A stretch of DNA of 54,678 nt from Octopus bimaculoides (GCF_001194135.2 NC_068982.1:160332709-160387386); one strand, 5' to 3'. Counted from the first letter of the stretch, positions 26,030 through 39,387 are shown. Program-made: numbers and translations. The notes: generated by a model not told the origin, from the letters alone.

Positions 26030-26740
26030 AGAAAAGGAGGAATGAGAAAGAGGGAAAGTGTTTGAAAATAAAGAAAAACAGAAAGAAAAGAATAGCTGAA
26101 TAGTTAGGAGCCAGAACGAGGAAGAAGTGAGGAGATGTGGCGTGTGTGCATGCTAGGGCCACAGCGATGCTTTGAGATAGCCATAATTGGGAGTCGTCAG
26201 TGGGGTTTTAAGGGATGTGTGTATGTGTTTAAAAGTATGAAGTAAAAGAGAAAGCAAAAGGAATGAGGCTGTGTGGTAGGAATATGAGCAAGTGTACAGG
26301 TTTGAGTGGCTGTTGCATACATGGGAAGGTTTGAACAAGGGAACATATCATTCTTGTGGTGTTATGTTTTCATCTGCTTTTGTTTATTTTTAGTTACATG
26401 TTTTTAACACATGCATACCTCTTAATTATATTTCACAGACGTTGAACTGCATATCTTTCGTTAATCTTTATCACATATTTTCTTCCTTTTCCCTTCATTC
26501 TTTAGCCTCCCTAATTTATTTATAAGACCTTTACTTTTCTCCCTTTTCTATTTTTCTTCTACTTTCTCGCGCTTCTGGCTCCTAATTACCACAGTTTTTT
26601 TTCCTTTTTAGTCCTCTAGTGTTTTCTGCTGGTGAAAGATTTAGAGGCGAAACGTTGAAGCACTTTGCCTTTCTTTTCATCTTTAACATAATACAATATT
26701 TGTTAAAAGTTGTCTCTCCTGTGTTGACAGATTTCTGATC
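26030..26740. mobile_element. Degenerate PLE-like terminal-repeat remnant with imperfect inverted homology
   Basis: 26040-26130 aligns to the reverse complement of 26560-26690 (shared TTAGGAGCCAGAA and GAAA..GG.AAAGTG.TT blocks); decayed HHR-like motifs on both strands. Confidence 0.4.
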
Positions 26741-27370
26741 TTCTTCATTACAACTGCTATATATAAATGCTTACCAAGGAATTCGAGATAAATTTGACGA
26801 TTTTTTATGTCGCACTTTTTCATGAACAGTTTGATTTATTAATGAACTGTCAAACCGTATTCCAAGAAATAAAGCTGAAAGTTGTAGTTGACAAAAAGTG
26901 ATGACATGGAGGATAGGAACCATCTGAATATTGGAAAAGAATTACTTGTTTCATGATGATTCGCACTGGGTATTAAAATGCCGACATTATGAGTGCATCT
27001 GAATGCTCTGCGAATACTGTAAACGCTGTAGCATGTGACATAGATAGCTGCAACAGAGACTAAGGAGTCATGTGCAGTAGGAATTGACACAGTAGGCGTT
27101 TTGACTGCGTCCACACACCGGAGGTCTTCCCTGCAACTTTGAACAGTACCTATGCAGAGGTACCTCTGCATAGAGAAGCAGGATTCGGTTACTTTCCATA
27201 TCACCGGAAAAAGCCAGTAGTTATCGTATAATCTCTACGATTTCCAAAGGTCCAGTATCTGGACCCCTATATAAAGCCTGTATTTCATTTTCCTCATCTT
27301 TACACTACATCATCAACGTAAGTATAACTAAATGTGGGCATATACATATGAATGTATATATGTATGTGTG

Positions 27371-27421
<51 letters not shown>

Positions 27422-30400
27422 TCGTGTATGTGCTCGCGCGCATGTATATGTATACATGTATATAATTGGGGTTAATACTCTGAGGCAAGTTTAAAAGCAA
27501 AGAACGTTTACTGATTGACGATAGTGGGGACTAAATACTGAGAGGAAATATAAATTTACTGTTAAACGGTTCTCACGAAGCAATCCGTTAACACACGAAA
27601 ATCAAAAAGAAAAGATTTGAAGTAAATAATGTTATTAGAATTAATATTTCTTCTGTGCCGTAAAAAATTAAATGAGAGCCATTAAGATTAATAGTAAATC
27701 AATTGACGTCAGTGGATGAGAAGGAAATGCAAAATTTCCTATTATAGGATATAATTCATGTAGAAGTTGTAACGAAATGTGAAAAACACAAACAGATGGA
27801 TCAGATCTCAAACATATACTATCGTTGTTTGAGGGGAACATAATGAGTAAATAATGAAAAAATTGTATAAACTCACATATCGAAATCCAGGAAAAAAATA
27901 TTTTCAGTTTTCTGCATGTTATACGGAACAGCTGAATGGTTCTACACGTAGATCAACAGAAATCTCTTATCAGAAAATTTTCTATTTCTAGTCTGCAAAC
28001 ATGCGCGGACAAAATATAACAAATTGATTAATAGATTCAGAGTAAATTTAATGCTAATACATCCAAAATATCTGAAACTACAAATATTGGCTGAATTACT
28101 CAGTGTTTAGAATGGTAAACAAAGCATGTGTGCCGTGGGTAAGGTGGACTCGTTTTCCTGAATAGCTAACTAACATATATCAAACATACAAGGAGTAGAA
28201 TAAGACACCACATAATACTATTCCTGAATACATGCCTAAATAAATGATCAAAGAAACAGAGATTGTGATATATGGCTCTATTCATATATTTCCATAATGA
28301 TATACGTTAAAATCAAATGCCATGATGAAAATTGTAGTCTTGTCTAATGCCAACCGCAAACTCTTTGATCATATGTCTGCTCGATTAGTCGTATGAACAA
28401 CAACAATCATATAACGGAAACAAAAGATAATTTTTATGAACTCAAACGAGACGACTTAATTCAGAAAGATCTGTAAAATGAAAATAACTCGTTCTAATTA
28501 TTTAAAACCTATTTTAAATTTAAATTTCCATGGAATAGTAAATCAATATTTGCTATCTGTACTAAATTATAAATTTAAATATAAAATATCAATTGAAACG
28601 TGGAAGACATATGACTTTTGAAAGTGGCTTAAGTATAACTTAGAAATTGAAGAAAAAGCATTCACAGTCATATATAAGCTTCTTCGGTTACTAGGAAGAT
28701 ACTGCTTCCTGGTCACCGGCAGCACTTTGATAATAGTACTGCTGATGATATTCTTAATGAATATGAAGAACTGAGGACGCAGGCAAACGTGGGATCGCTT
28801 GACAAGTGGAAAAGTACGTCGAGGCAACTGAAGATATATAAAGGATGCAGTTACATGATCATTGCAGTGTTAGGTAATCCGCAGCGATGTTGCTGGATAT
28901 TGATTTTATCTTAGTTGAAATTTAGTCACTAATAATTGGAACTTCCCGGCACAGTTCGCTGCATCTTTAATATCGTAGGCTAAAATAATCATGTTGTGAC
29001 CAGTCTGCTAATCTCATTAACCAGTAGGTGTCTCACTGCTGCAAGCGATGAATTTGTAGAGATATTTGCGATAAAATGTTACTAGGTGAAAGCTATCTGC
29101 TGAGAAGTTGTCCTGAAATGGAATTGTCAGAAACTCTAACATAGCAAACGTTCCTCCCTAATACCTATAGACAATAAAAAATATCTGTAAAATTATCGTA
29201 TTGCAAAAATCAGTCTATTGTATTTTCAATGTTGACAGAACGTATTAGAAGCATAAATGTATACTGATATTCTATAGTCACCTCTATACTGTACTTTCAA
29301 AAGAAATTTTAAAAAACATTATAGAGATGTGTGAGGAATTCGGATATTTCACCACTCAACCACTGATCTAGCGAGTTCTTAACTACGCTTATATCTTAAA
29401 AGTAGCGATGTTTATTTTGTCAGTAAATGATAAATGTGTGCAGGCGAAAAGGATGGTTAGGGAGAGTGAATTTATGACGGTGCCACTATGCAAAAGGAAA
29501 ATACATATCGTATTTTGACAAACATTTAAAATACATTTCTTTACATTTATAAGATATTAAAAGATAATGGATAGGAAAATATTTACTAAGGTTACATGAA
29601 ATATGTTTAAGATGAATTGCTGCTGAAAATAATTGGTTGGCGGTGTTGTGTAGATAGAAATGAACCCTGAGAAAACCTAAAAACAATGTTTTTTAACCCT
29701 AATAACGTTACCGTTTCTTCAGCCACATCTAATGGATCCCAAAAGCGTATAGTAGTTCAATCTGTTCGGTATTTCTAAACAAAATGAGTGGAAGTACACA
29801 AACATTCTCATCCAACAAAATTCTAGAAGCAGAAGTTTAGGATTAAGGCGCAGATAGCGTTAAAATAAAGAGAATTGAAAATCAAAACCGAAAATATAAA
29901 AGAAATCAGCGATAAACAAAGCCATACACGAATGCGAATCTCTCTGTCTCTAAAGAAGTAAAAATAATTCCTTGTAATTGCAAATTCGGCAAGCATATAC
30001 AGGCATCTCTTCTGGAATTAATTTTGGAAATGACTACTTCTACACCGTAAACTATGCAAAAAAATTACTCAGACTTATTCTTGAGCATCAAATGAAATGA
30101 GATCATATAACGTTAAAAACTGCAGAATTTTTGCTTTTATATTTGTCAGAGTAAATATCGAACTTCATAATAATAGTGAATGTACATCACGCTGGCATCA
30201 ATGATAATATCATGCCAAATAGAGAAATATCAATAGAGAGGAAGTAAAAGACGATAATCAATGCGATACGGCTATCAACAAATTAAGCAATGTAAACAAA
30301 GGACCATCTATATATTCGCATGTTCATTCAGGTTGACAAACTTCTCAATCCCAACTCTGAGTTGTCCATCACAAATTACCAATATGAGCTCTTGAACTTC

Positions 30401-32255
30401 ATTTTCAGAAACACTAGTAAACAGATATTTTGCAAGTTTTACCCAACATATGGCTGCTATCGCCTGTAAGGTCAAACGACAACGTTGACTCGTAATATTT
30501 TACTCTAAGTATCATTCAAATTATGTATACATCAGAATAGAAAGGTTCAATAGCTTTTCTCTGATGTTAAACGTGCTTTCTATAATAAGAAACAGCACAA
30601 TTCTATCTGTCACAAAATGGAACCTACAGACAACGCTGTAAACAGAGTGGAGGAACAATGCAGTGACAAAGACATGCGAAATGAAGTGCCTTTTTAAAAC
30701 AATGATAGATGTAGTTTCACTTTCAATCGCTCAACTCTGGATAAAGTTATGGCATTTGTGTCCGCTTGGAGGCTGGTTTCAATTGAAAGAGAGCGTGCGA
30801 GAAAATACGAAATTTAAGTAGAAGTACCAAGACAAAAAGCCACTAGAGTCATACTTTCAAAAAACAACTCCCATTAAACGCTGTTGTTCAAGCCTACATT
30901 ACCAAATGCAGAGATTTCTGACCATTGTATTTTGTAGTGTAGGTTTGAAGAGGACTGGAAATATTTCAGCTCATTCCCGTTTTCCTAACACGAAATTGGT
31001 TAAAATCTATGTATTGAAACAAAACACAGCGTACTATTATTTATATGTAATTTTTATGTATGTATAGTCACACTTATTCAATTTAAATAAAACATCAGAA
31101 CAGTGTCTAGTGTAGAATACATTAAATAGGATTACGCAGATTTTGTATTCAATGTTTTGTCCCAAATATTCAATATTGCTTTATAATACCATTTACTGAT
31201 TTGCTTCTAAGCAAATTAGCATTTACAATCGCAAGAAAATTACACTGGTGTATTGATAATATTGTTAAATGATATTACATTGCTCCCTGTCGTGCTTCTG
31301 TAAATTATAGTATGAAATAAATTCTGATCGTCAAGAAAGTAAATGCCAATATAGATATGAAGAAAATCGTAAATGTGATATACTTACTGGATATATAATT
31401 TTCTATTTCCTTTTGTCTCTTATATAATGCGAACTCTTGATTTTCATAGGTGTTCACTTAGTTCAATGATGTATCACCTAAAAGATGGAACTTTGAGGCG
31501 CATGCAATGTTAAACTTATGTGACTGCCAGCGATAAAAGAAAAACATGTTGTATTGAGTGTAGTTGCCTTTATTGATTATAGAGGAAAGCCGTCCATTAT
31601 GTATTTTATGCAAAATTATGATAAATGTCATTTCAATACAATAAATAGAATTATCACGAAGTCTGTCAGTTGCTGTATAATCTTGATTTTCTTATAATTT
31701 CAATCGATTCCTATGAACATAAAACCTTCTTCAAATCCCAATCCAATTAAACTAATGTTCTCTACTGATAATTCTTTGCTTTATGTCAACATAGTGCACT
31801 TCGGTAATTAGAGTTGGTAGCGAGACAGAACAAATCGTCAAATTGAGCACGCTTAAAGCAGAATAGGTAATATTTAAAATTGCATCAAATATCAGATGTA
31901 AAGAAGGTAAACTGAAACGGTACCATTTATGAAAGATAATTTAATTTTCAAATCGAAAATCGAAAATTTGCTATGGCATGTTAATTCTGTATAATTATCT
32001 ACAACGACTATAAAAACTATAGAGAAACCGGCAATTATTTGTATCCTGTTGGTGTTATATAACAAAACGGCATGGACGGGTGTTTTAGAAGTTCACTCAT
32101 AACCTCAAGGTTCGGGGTTGAAAACTACTGCGTGGTGTATTGGACATGTGTTAATTTCTGTAACCTAGCATCGAGTTAAAACTTGTGAAGGAAATTAGAA
32201 TCCGTTGACGAGGGTTTTATTTTATTAGTCACATACTTTGTCATTCACATTCTGG

Positions 32256-32294
<39 letters not shown>

Positions 32295-32296
32295 TC

Positions 32297-32340
<44 letters not shown>

Positions 32341-33529
32341 GCTGTTGTGTGTTGACGTAAATTGTCGTTTGTCTAAATATTCTAATAAATAACAAACTTT
32401 GGAAGCACCGGATATATTGGTGTTTTACATACTAAAATGCGAATTTCGAACACAGAGTGGTTCTAAGAACCGCAGAGAAATATTGGGTATTTATACTTAT
32501 AAGATGGAAGAAGTTGCCAGGCGGTTTTGGTTAATGGCAGAACACTCAGTTAGAAAATTCGGTGTATTTATTTTCAGTGAAATAATTGTATCAATATCAG
32601 AATGATGGTAACTTATGTAAGTAAATGACAGTGTACGTATACAAACAAACGGATCTTCCAGTAGAAGGCCCAAAATCTATTAATTGTTTCATAGACCGAA
32701 TTCAGACTAATATTCCTTTTACCAAGTGAAACGTAATCATTATAAAATAATATTAAAAACAGATGATGAATTACAGGATCAAATACCTTACCCATAGGAA
32801 CGGAAAAAACGAAGCTTAACAATAATCACACATTACATGCTGCTCGGTTCCATTATCAATCTATTTATAATTTTAAAGCTACTTCAGAGAGTCCACTGCA
32901 TTAATTTCAAGTATATTAATGCATGTATATTTACTTGAAGTTTATTAATTTACATATAACATTTATATGACTTTACTTCAGCCGCTGTAACTACTGCAAT
33001 TTGCAATTTATGCTTTGGTATCCCAAATTCTGTTATTGATCTTTTTGCTGTTTCACTTGAGGTGATGTGCGAATTTGTTTTTATTAGTTTAGATTATTTT
33101 GCTTCTATTTCTATTTCTATTTTTTCTTCTTTTATATCGTTGCAGTTATACGCAGACGTGATCTGAGATCTCTAAATCCTTTATGATGTCTTTTTACATC
33201 AATATCACTGTGAAAAGGGAGATTACTGTCACTTCTAACTTTAATATTACCATCTAGGATATGCATGTCACCTTATTATGCATTCCAGAAATACATTCAA
33301 AATGTCTGACACAATCCGTTAAATAGTTGCTTGCTTAATTTCCAAAGAAAACCATTCATTATGCCATCTAATATTGGAAACCGATGTCAAATGTTCTGGC
33401 AAGAAGCCTTGTCCCAGGTTACAGAGCCATTAATACTTCTATTGATATCAAAGTAAGTTAGTGAAGATTTCCCCTGCTGTAGCATGTATCTTACTGCTAT
33501 TAAGGAACATATTATACGTTAATATGCAT

Positions 33530-33536
33530 ATATATA

Positions 33537-33606
<70 letters not shown>

Positions 33607-33656
33607 TAGATATATATACGTACATATATATAGATACATATATGTATATATGTATG

Positions 33657-33708
<52 letters not shown>

Positions 33709-33750
33709 TATGTATACATTTAGACACACATACCTATATATATATGTCTG
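33530..33750. repeat. (TA)n/(TAGA)n compound microsatellite
   Basis: Perfect TA and GATA runs. Confidence 0.97.
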
Positions 33751-33959
33751 TGTATGTTTTGCGTATGTGTGGATGCGTTCAAGTCTTACCAAACCCGTGG
33801 AGGGGAGAGGGAGAATATTACAGAAGTACCAACTATTAATAATCTTTGAAGTTGTCATGAATCTTACAAGAAACGACATGTCGAATTTCTTTACACTGGC
33901 TGAAAAAAATAAATAACTGACAAAATAAGATATTACAGTTCTATATTTAAGAGATGAAG

Positions 33960-34340
33960 AATTATTTACATTTGACGGATATTTGTGCTCATCTTTTTTG
34001 TTGTTAACACAACGTTTCGGCTGATATACCCTCCAGCCTTCGACAGGTGTCTTGGGGAAATTTCGAACCTGGGTTCTCATTCCTAACGATGTTACTATTA
34101 TTATTATTATTAATATTATTATTAATCAGGTCGCTGCCGTGAATCGAACTCGGAGTTAGTAGCCCGCGCTCTTAACCACTACGCCATATGCCCGTGGGCA
34201 ATTATGCGGGTGAATTTTAAGGCTTATAAATCTATTATTTTTCTATCCTTCCTCAATACCGGTTCCCATATGCTATTCATATCTGCACTCGGTCTGCTTA
34301 GGAGGTTCCGAGTTCGATTCACGGCAGCGACCTGATTAAT
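33960..34340 (-). mobile_element. PLE family P1 3' fragment (last codons, tRNA-like cassette, (TAA)n, HHR-like motif) with 5' inverted duplication
   Basis: Homologous to 4695-5010; 34307-34340 is a perfect reverse complement of 34121-34154. Confidence 0.88.
34006..34051 (-). ncRNA. Hammerhead ribozyme-like motif, core mutated
   Basis: GACAC-CTGTCGA-A-GGCTG(gagggtatat)CAGCC-GAAAC-GTT-GTGTT: stems I and II pair, palindromic AACGTT stem III; paralog at 4739-4784 has core CTTATGA. Confidence 0.55.
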
Positions 34341-36057
34341 GTAATGAATAACATTTCAACATGCACATGATACTATTGAATAAAATAATAACTATTTACT
34401 TTCTATTATGCAATTCAATAGAGTGCCACACATTTTCAACATACAAAATGATTTTGCTGTAATGAAGTAGTCATAATAAAACTAAATCAAAACGTGCTGT
34501 TATACATATGAATCATACGATGACAAAAGAAAAATGAAACTAGACTATAGTAAAATATATTAGAATAAATATCTAATTAAAATTTCTCATGAGATCTATT
34601 ATTTTTTTATACATATAGTAGATATATAAAGAGATTGCTATATTTGTAATAGCTTGGTCCATTGGGAATTTTGAAGGAGAGAACGAAAATTGCTGTGGTT
34701 CTGTACATTGAGGGAAATTTAGAGAAAACAAATGACGAAGACAAATGAAGGAACAACAAGCTGGTGTATCATTTTAATGCTGGGGGAAAATATATATACA
34801 TACGCTTATAAATCGTGAAATGTCAAAGGAAAATAGTCTAATAATGGAGCGTATAAGCCCTCGACAGAAAAAAAGAAGTAGGGTTACCTATCAGTGTGGG
34901 ATTCGAGCACACATTTCTTTGTAAACCTGACTAAGTGGTTTACACCAGCGACTTAGCTTCTCTGCTCCTGTCAAATTTAAGAACTACAATAGTTCGTAAT
35001 TGTTTTGTGAACAAACTTTCTATGTGCTTTCGGTGCGAATGGTTTTGTTATACGGTGCAAGGATTTACAATCCTGTAAATAATAATAATGATATTTATAT
35101 GAGCCTAAAGCTTATAGCAATCATCGTGCAATGACTAAGGGAAATAGTCTAATAATGGGACTTATAAGCGATCGTGATGTAGGAAGAAAGTTCGCTTCGA
35201 GTAATTGGTAGTAAAAAATAAAAAACATTCAGGAACAATAGTGGTTTATTGAGACGGAAGGCTGTGAATTATTTTTCTTTATCGGAGAACGATGAATAGA
35301 AAAAAAAATCTGTTTTATATTCCACGGTAGGCGACCAGGGTTATCGAGTGTGCCAAAAACAATGCAAGAGGAAAAATGCGGGCTACATTTAATTCATAGC
35401 GAGTGGAACCTCGGAAATGGTAAAAACCAAGTGAGGTTTATGCCGCCTGCTACTCTTCGGGCCAAGGATATCTTGATTAGATTAAAGGCTACATTGTTTC
35501 CTAAGCGGTACAAGTTGGCTCAAAGAGGATACAATCAGAATGTGAACATATACAAATTATAAGTAATGTAGAGTATAAGATAATAACTGCGTGTGATGAG
35601 ACTACTGGTATACACTAAGAGCCTTTAGATTATTTCAATTGTTAAAATGATACGTTGTTACAATTCAGTATTAAAGTCTGTGAAATATCGCATACTTCTA
35701 TAAATTTAACCAAACGTGCAATAATTCATATATTATCAACTCTTCTCAACTGTTGTTGAAAGATATGCAGGTAGAAATAAATATTACTATTAGCCATATC
35801 AATTCTATTACTATTAGCCATATCAATTAACGCAATAAATTGTGTATCTCTAATGCATTCATTACAATATAATCAATGGAAAATATCTGATAAAAAAAGA
35901 TTTTCTTTACAAATACAAAGAAGTATGCACTTTTTAACTGATGTTTTCATAATATTCCAAATCATTTGAAGTTTCCTTGTATATTTGTTTTTCTATCTAT
36001 GTATCTATGTTTTCATCTATGAATCAATGAATCAGTCAGTATATCTCTCTGTATGTG

Positions 36058-36475
36058 TATATGTGGCTGTGTGGTAAGAAGCTTGATTCTCAATCACATG
36101 GTTCCGGGTTCAGTCCCACTGGGTGTTGCCTCGAATAAGTGTCTTCTACTATAGCAACGGTCCGACTAAATCCTTATGAGTGGATTTGGTAGACGGAAAC
36201 TGAAAGAAGCCTGTCGTGTATATATGTATACATCTCTGTGTGTGCATCTTTGTATCTGTGTTACCCCCCACCCACCCACCGCCGTACAAAACGTTTTGTT
36301 GTGTTTACGACCACGAAACTTAGCGGTTCGGCAAAACAGACTGATAGAAAAAATACCAGGCTTGAGAAAAAGTCCTGGTCGATTTGTTCGACTAAAAACC
36401 TTTCAAGACGTTGCCCCAGCATGGCTGCAGTCAAATGACTTAAATAAATACAAGATAAAAGATAGAAACATATGC
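36058..36475 (+). mobile_element. SINE family A, full-length with internal low-complexity tract
   Basis: GTGGCTGTGTGGTAAG A-box, GGTTCAGTCCC B-box, body, internal TA/TG-rich segment, 3' half ending CCAGCATGGCTGCAGTCAAATGAC and an A-rich tail. Confidence 0.88.
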
Positions 36476-36809
36476 ATAACTATAGATATCTATATACACT
36501 CACACATACATTGCATACATACACATATATAGTCTTTGTTTCCTTTGCTATGCGTTAATATCTGAATAAAGAACACTGTCCATCACCATTGCGTCATTTG
36601 ACATTCGTTACACCAATAGAGTTAATTTTTTTTTTTTTTTTACCAAGGCCTATTTCTCATTTTTTAAGAGCGGGTAGCCACAAAAAAAACACGCCAGGCA
36701 TTCCATTCATTCTCCAGCTCAAGGCAGTGAGCCTCGTTCTATGTTCCAGTCAAGGCATAGAACGCAACCACAATATCAGTAGTGGGGCCAATATCAGCAG
36801 CGGGGACAA

Positions 36810-36995
36810 TTCAGAGTTCTTCGCTTTGAAACCAAGAGTTTTACATGGATAGGATTAAAAAGCTTCTAAATAGATGGAAGGAAGTCATAGATAATCAGGG
36901 AAAGTACAATGATGATTAAATTTCAATTTAATATAACATTTGATCACTTGTTTCCTTTATTCAATATTCGGACAGAACTTATGGGATGACTTGAT
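36810..36995 (+). mobile_element. Mariner transposon 3' end with TIR-like terminus
   Basis: Translation FFALKP(frameshift)FYMDRIKKLLNRWKEVIDNQGKYNDD* matches a mariner transposase C-terminus; followed by GGACAGAACTTATGGGATGACTTGATA. Confidence 0.75.
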
Positions 36996-37004
36996 ATATA
37001 CAAA

Positions 37005-37142
37005 ATGGGTGTGTGGTAAGAAGCTTGCTTCCCAGCCACAAGGTTCCGGGTTCATTCCAACTGCGTGGGCAGGTGTCTTCTGCTATAGCCTCGGGCCGAG
37101 ACTATAGTGGATTTGGTAGACGGAAACTGAAAGAAGCCTGTC

Positions 37143-37185
<43 letters not shown>

Positions 37186-37352
37186 CCATCGCTTGACAAC
37201 CGGTGTTGGTACGTTTACGTCCCCGTAACTTAGACACCGATATAATAAGTACTAAGCTTACAAAGATTAGGTCCTTGGGTCTATTTGTTCGACTAAAGGC
37301 GGTGACCCAGCATGGCCGCAGTCAAATGACTGAAACAAGCAAAGGAATAAAA
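37005..37352 (+). mobile_element. SINE family A, full-length with internal (TG)n
   Basis: Same head and 3' half as the 36058 copy; central (TG)n at ~37150-37182. Confidence 0.88.
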
Positions 37353-38609
37353 GAAAGAGGAATAAATAACATCGAGGCAGGATGTTTCCGCCTGACTGAT
37401 TCACTGTTCCAGATATGAACAGTACTCTATGTAAAAAGAAAATAAATTGCTGTTGCCAACGAATGTGCTTATTTTACAACGAATGAGGTAGTTTAATTTA
37501 CTGGTTTCCAAAAGCTAGCTACATTTATATCAAATCATACCAAGCTTACCTTAAAAATGAAGGACAGAAGATATTGATCAGAATTGCAGAAATCCCCTAA
37601 TCGTATGGTTATTCAGTGTAGCCTAAGATCTAGCAAAATAACATTTCCTGAATGGGAAATAGATTCTGGGTTTATCTCCAATTTTTTCACATTGAGCGTT
37701 CGCTGATTCATTTCCTGATATAACAACATGCATCAAATATTTTCTAATCTTTTCTCTTCATAATTTTATAATTTTGTCTTATTTTGAGTAGTTTTCAAGC
37801 TCTAAGTAAATATAAATATCACCAGACTGGTGTTTGTATTATGTCTGTGCTGTGAAGATAAGTACCAAATGTTATAACCAATGATGTAAGAGAAAATTTG
37901 ATTAGTCGTTAATTAACGTCTTTCTCGGCAGAAGAGATAATTATTTAACTTAAATATTTTTGGTGAGATAGAGTCACCTGCCATAAAGTGAAAAATCTTT
38001 TTCAAAGGTACCAGTTCAAAGATGATGAGATGGAGGATTAGGAAAGGTCTATTGTAGCCTAAAATATGAGATACATGGCCCATAGGTAGGATTCTTTACC
38101 GAAAACTTCAAATGAGATGCGGGCCATTTCATTTGTCAATAATATTGATTTTGTTAAGATTCTCAAGTGCCAGAGGCAAGTTGTGTAGATTCTAGCATAG
38201 CTTGCTTGAAATATGAATTTGTCTAAAATATTCCCAAGAATATACTAAATAATCGATATGCAGCGTTTAGAGTCCTCGCATTCTATTTATATATTTTATA
38301 GGTACTATGTTTATTGACTCTGAATATCAATTCGGTAATCCAGTCATATTATATGGTATGTATTTCACTTGATCTCAATGTAAAATTAAATCAATTTGGA
38401 CGAGAGTATTTACATGAGGATATATGCTCGAATATGTTTTAACCGTGTCACCGGTTGTCGAATATTGAATGCATCTATGCTGGGTCATAGATCTGTTGCG
38501 TCGGTCAAACTGATAGCAAAGTGTTATTCAATCTAGCACGTATGGTATCTTGATATATCTCAGGGGGCACAATATGCTTATGAGCCTTTCTACTATAGGT
38601 ACACACTGT

Positions 38610-38780
38610 GTGAAACTTTGTGGGAGGGGCTAGACATCAAGTCGAGCTCAGTGTTAAACAGGTACTTAATTTATAACCTCTGAAAAAATTACAGGTAAGG
38701 CCGACCTCGGCGGAATTTGAACTAAGAAAGTAAAGCTGGAAATAATGCTACGAATCATTTTGTTCTGCGTGCTACCTGCC
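38610..38780 (-). mobile_element. SINE family B copy (degenerate)
   Basis: GGTACTTAATTTAT...GCCGACCTCGGCGGAATTTGAACT is the reverse complement of the family B core and B-box. Confidence 0.7.
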
Positions 38781-39387
38781 ATTAGGATATTAATAACAAA
38801 TACACGCAAATTGTCATAATAAGCCTGTCGTGACACAACAAGATCTCATCATGAATCGTTCAAATCAAATACAAGAATGAAATATACTGTATCACTGTCT
38901 ATTATCGGAATTCTAAGTTATAATCCGAACACAATATGATATTTCACAGATAACCGTCAAACATAGATACAAATGAGTACTTCACATATATATGTCTACA
39001 TATAAATATATATACCTATATGCTTATATATACATACATATGTATATGTGTGTGTGAGCGTGTGTGTACGCGCACATACACACACATGCCTGTCTGCTTA
39101 TGTAGACATACATACATTCACACACACACACGCACACACGCACACGCACACGCACACGCGCACACACACACACACACACATATTGATAGAGGACTGTAAG
39201 CTTGTGTTTGCGTGTGTGTATGTAAACATGCAGTTGAATTCTATGTATTGTTCCAATTTACGATCAGCCGTTCACAAGTTATATATCAACCAGTGCCCAA
39301 AATAGGAGAACTGCACGGTCTAATAAAAATGTTATATGTTTTTGTTAGCACGAATTGGGTGCTCTCAGGTTTGTGCATTTATTTATG

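Noticed and set aside
28620-28920. Open stretches such as HFDNSTADDILNEYEELRTQANVGSLDKWK and a hydrophobic frame
   Set aside because: No convincing splice sites, start codon or family motif.
34129-34193. Possible tRNA-Ser gene
   Set aside because: Lacks a complete cloverleaf and sits inside a PLE repeat; treated as a tRNA-derived cassette.
34826-35175. ~35-bp imperfect direct repeat (AAGG.AAATAGTCTAATAATGG) about 310 bp apart
   Set aside because: Too short and diverged to call LTRs or TSDs, and no internal element features.
35782-35828. Perfect 23-bp tandem duplication (24-bp period)
   Set aside because: Ordinary slippage duplication.
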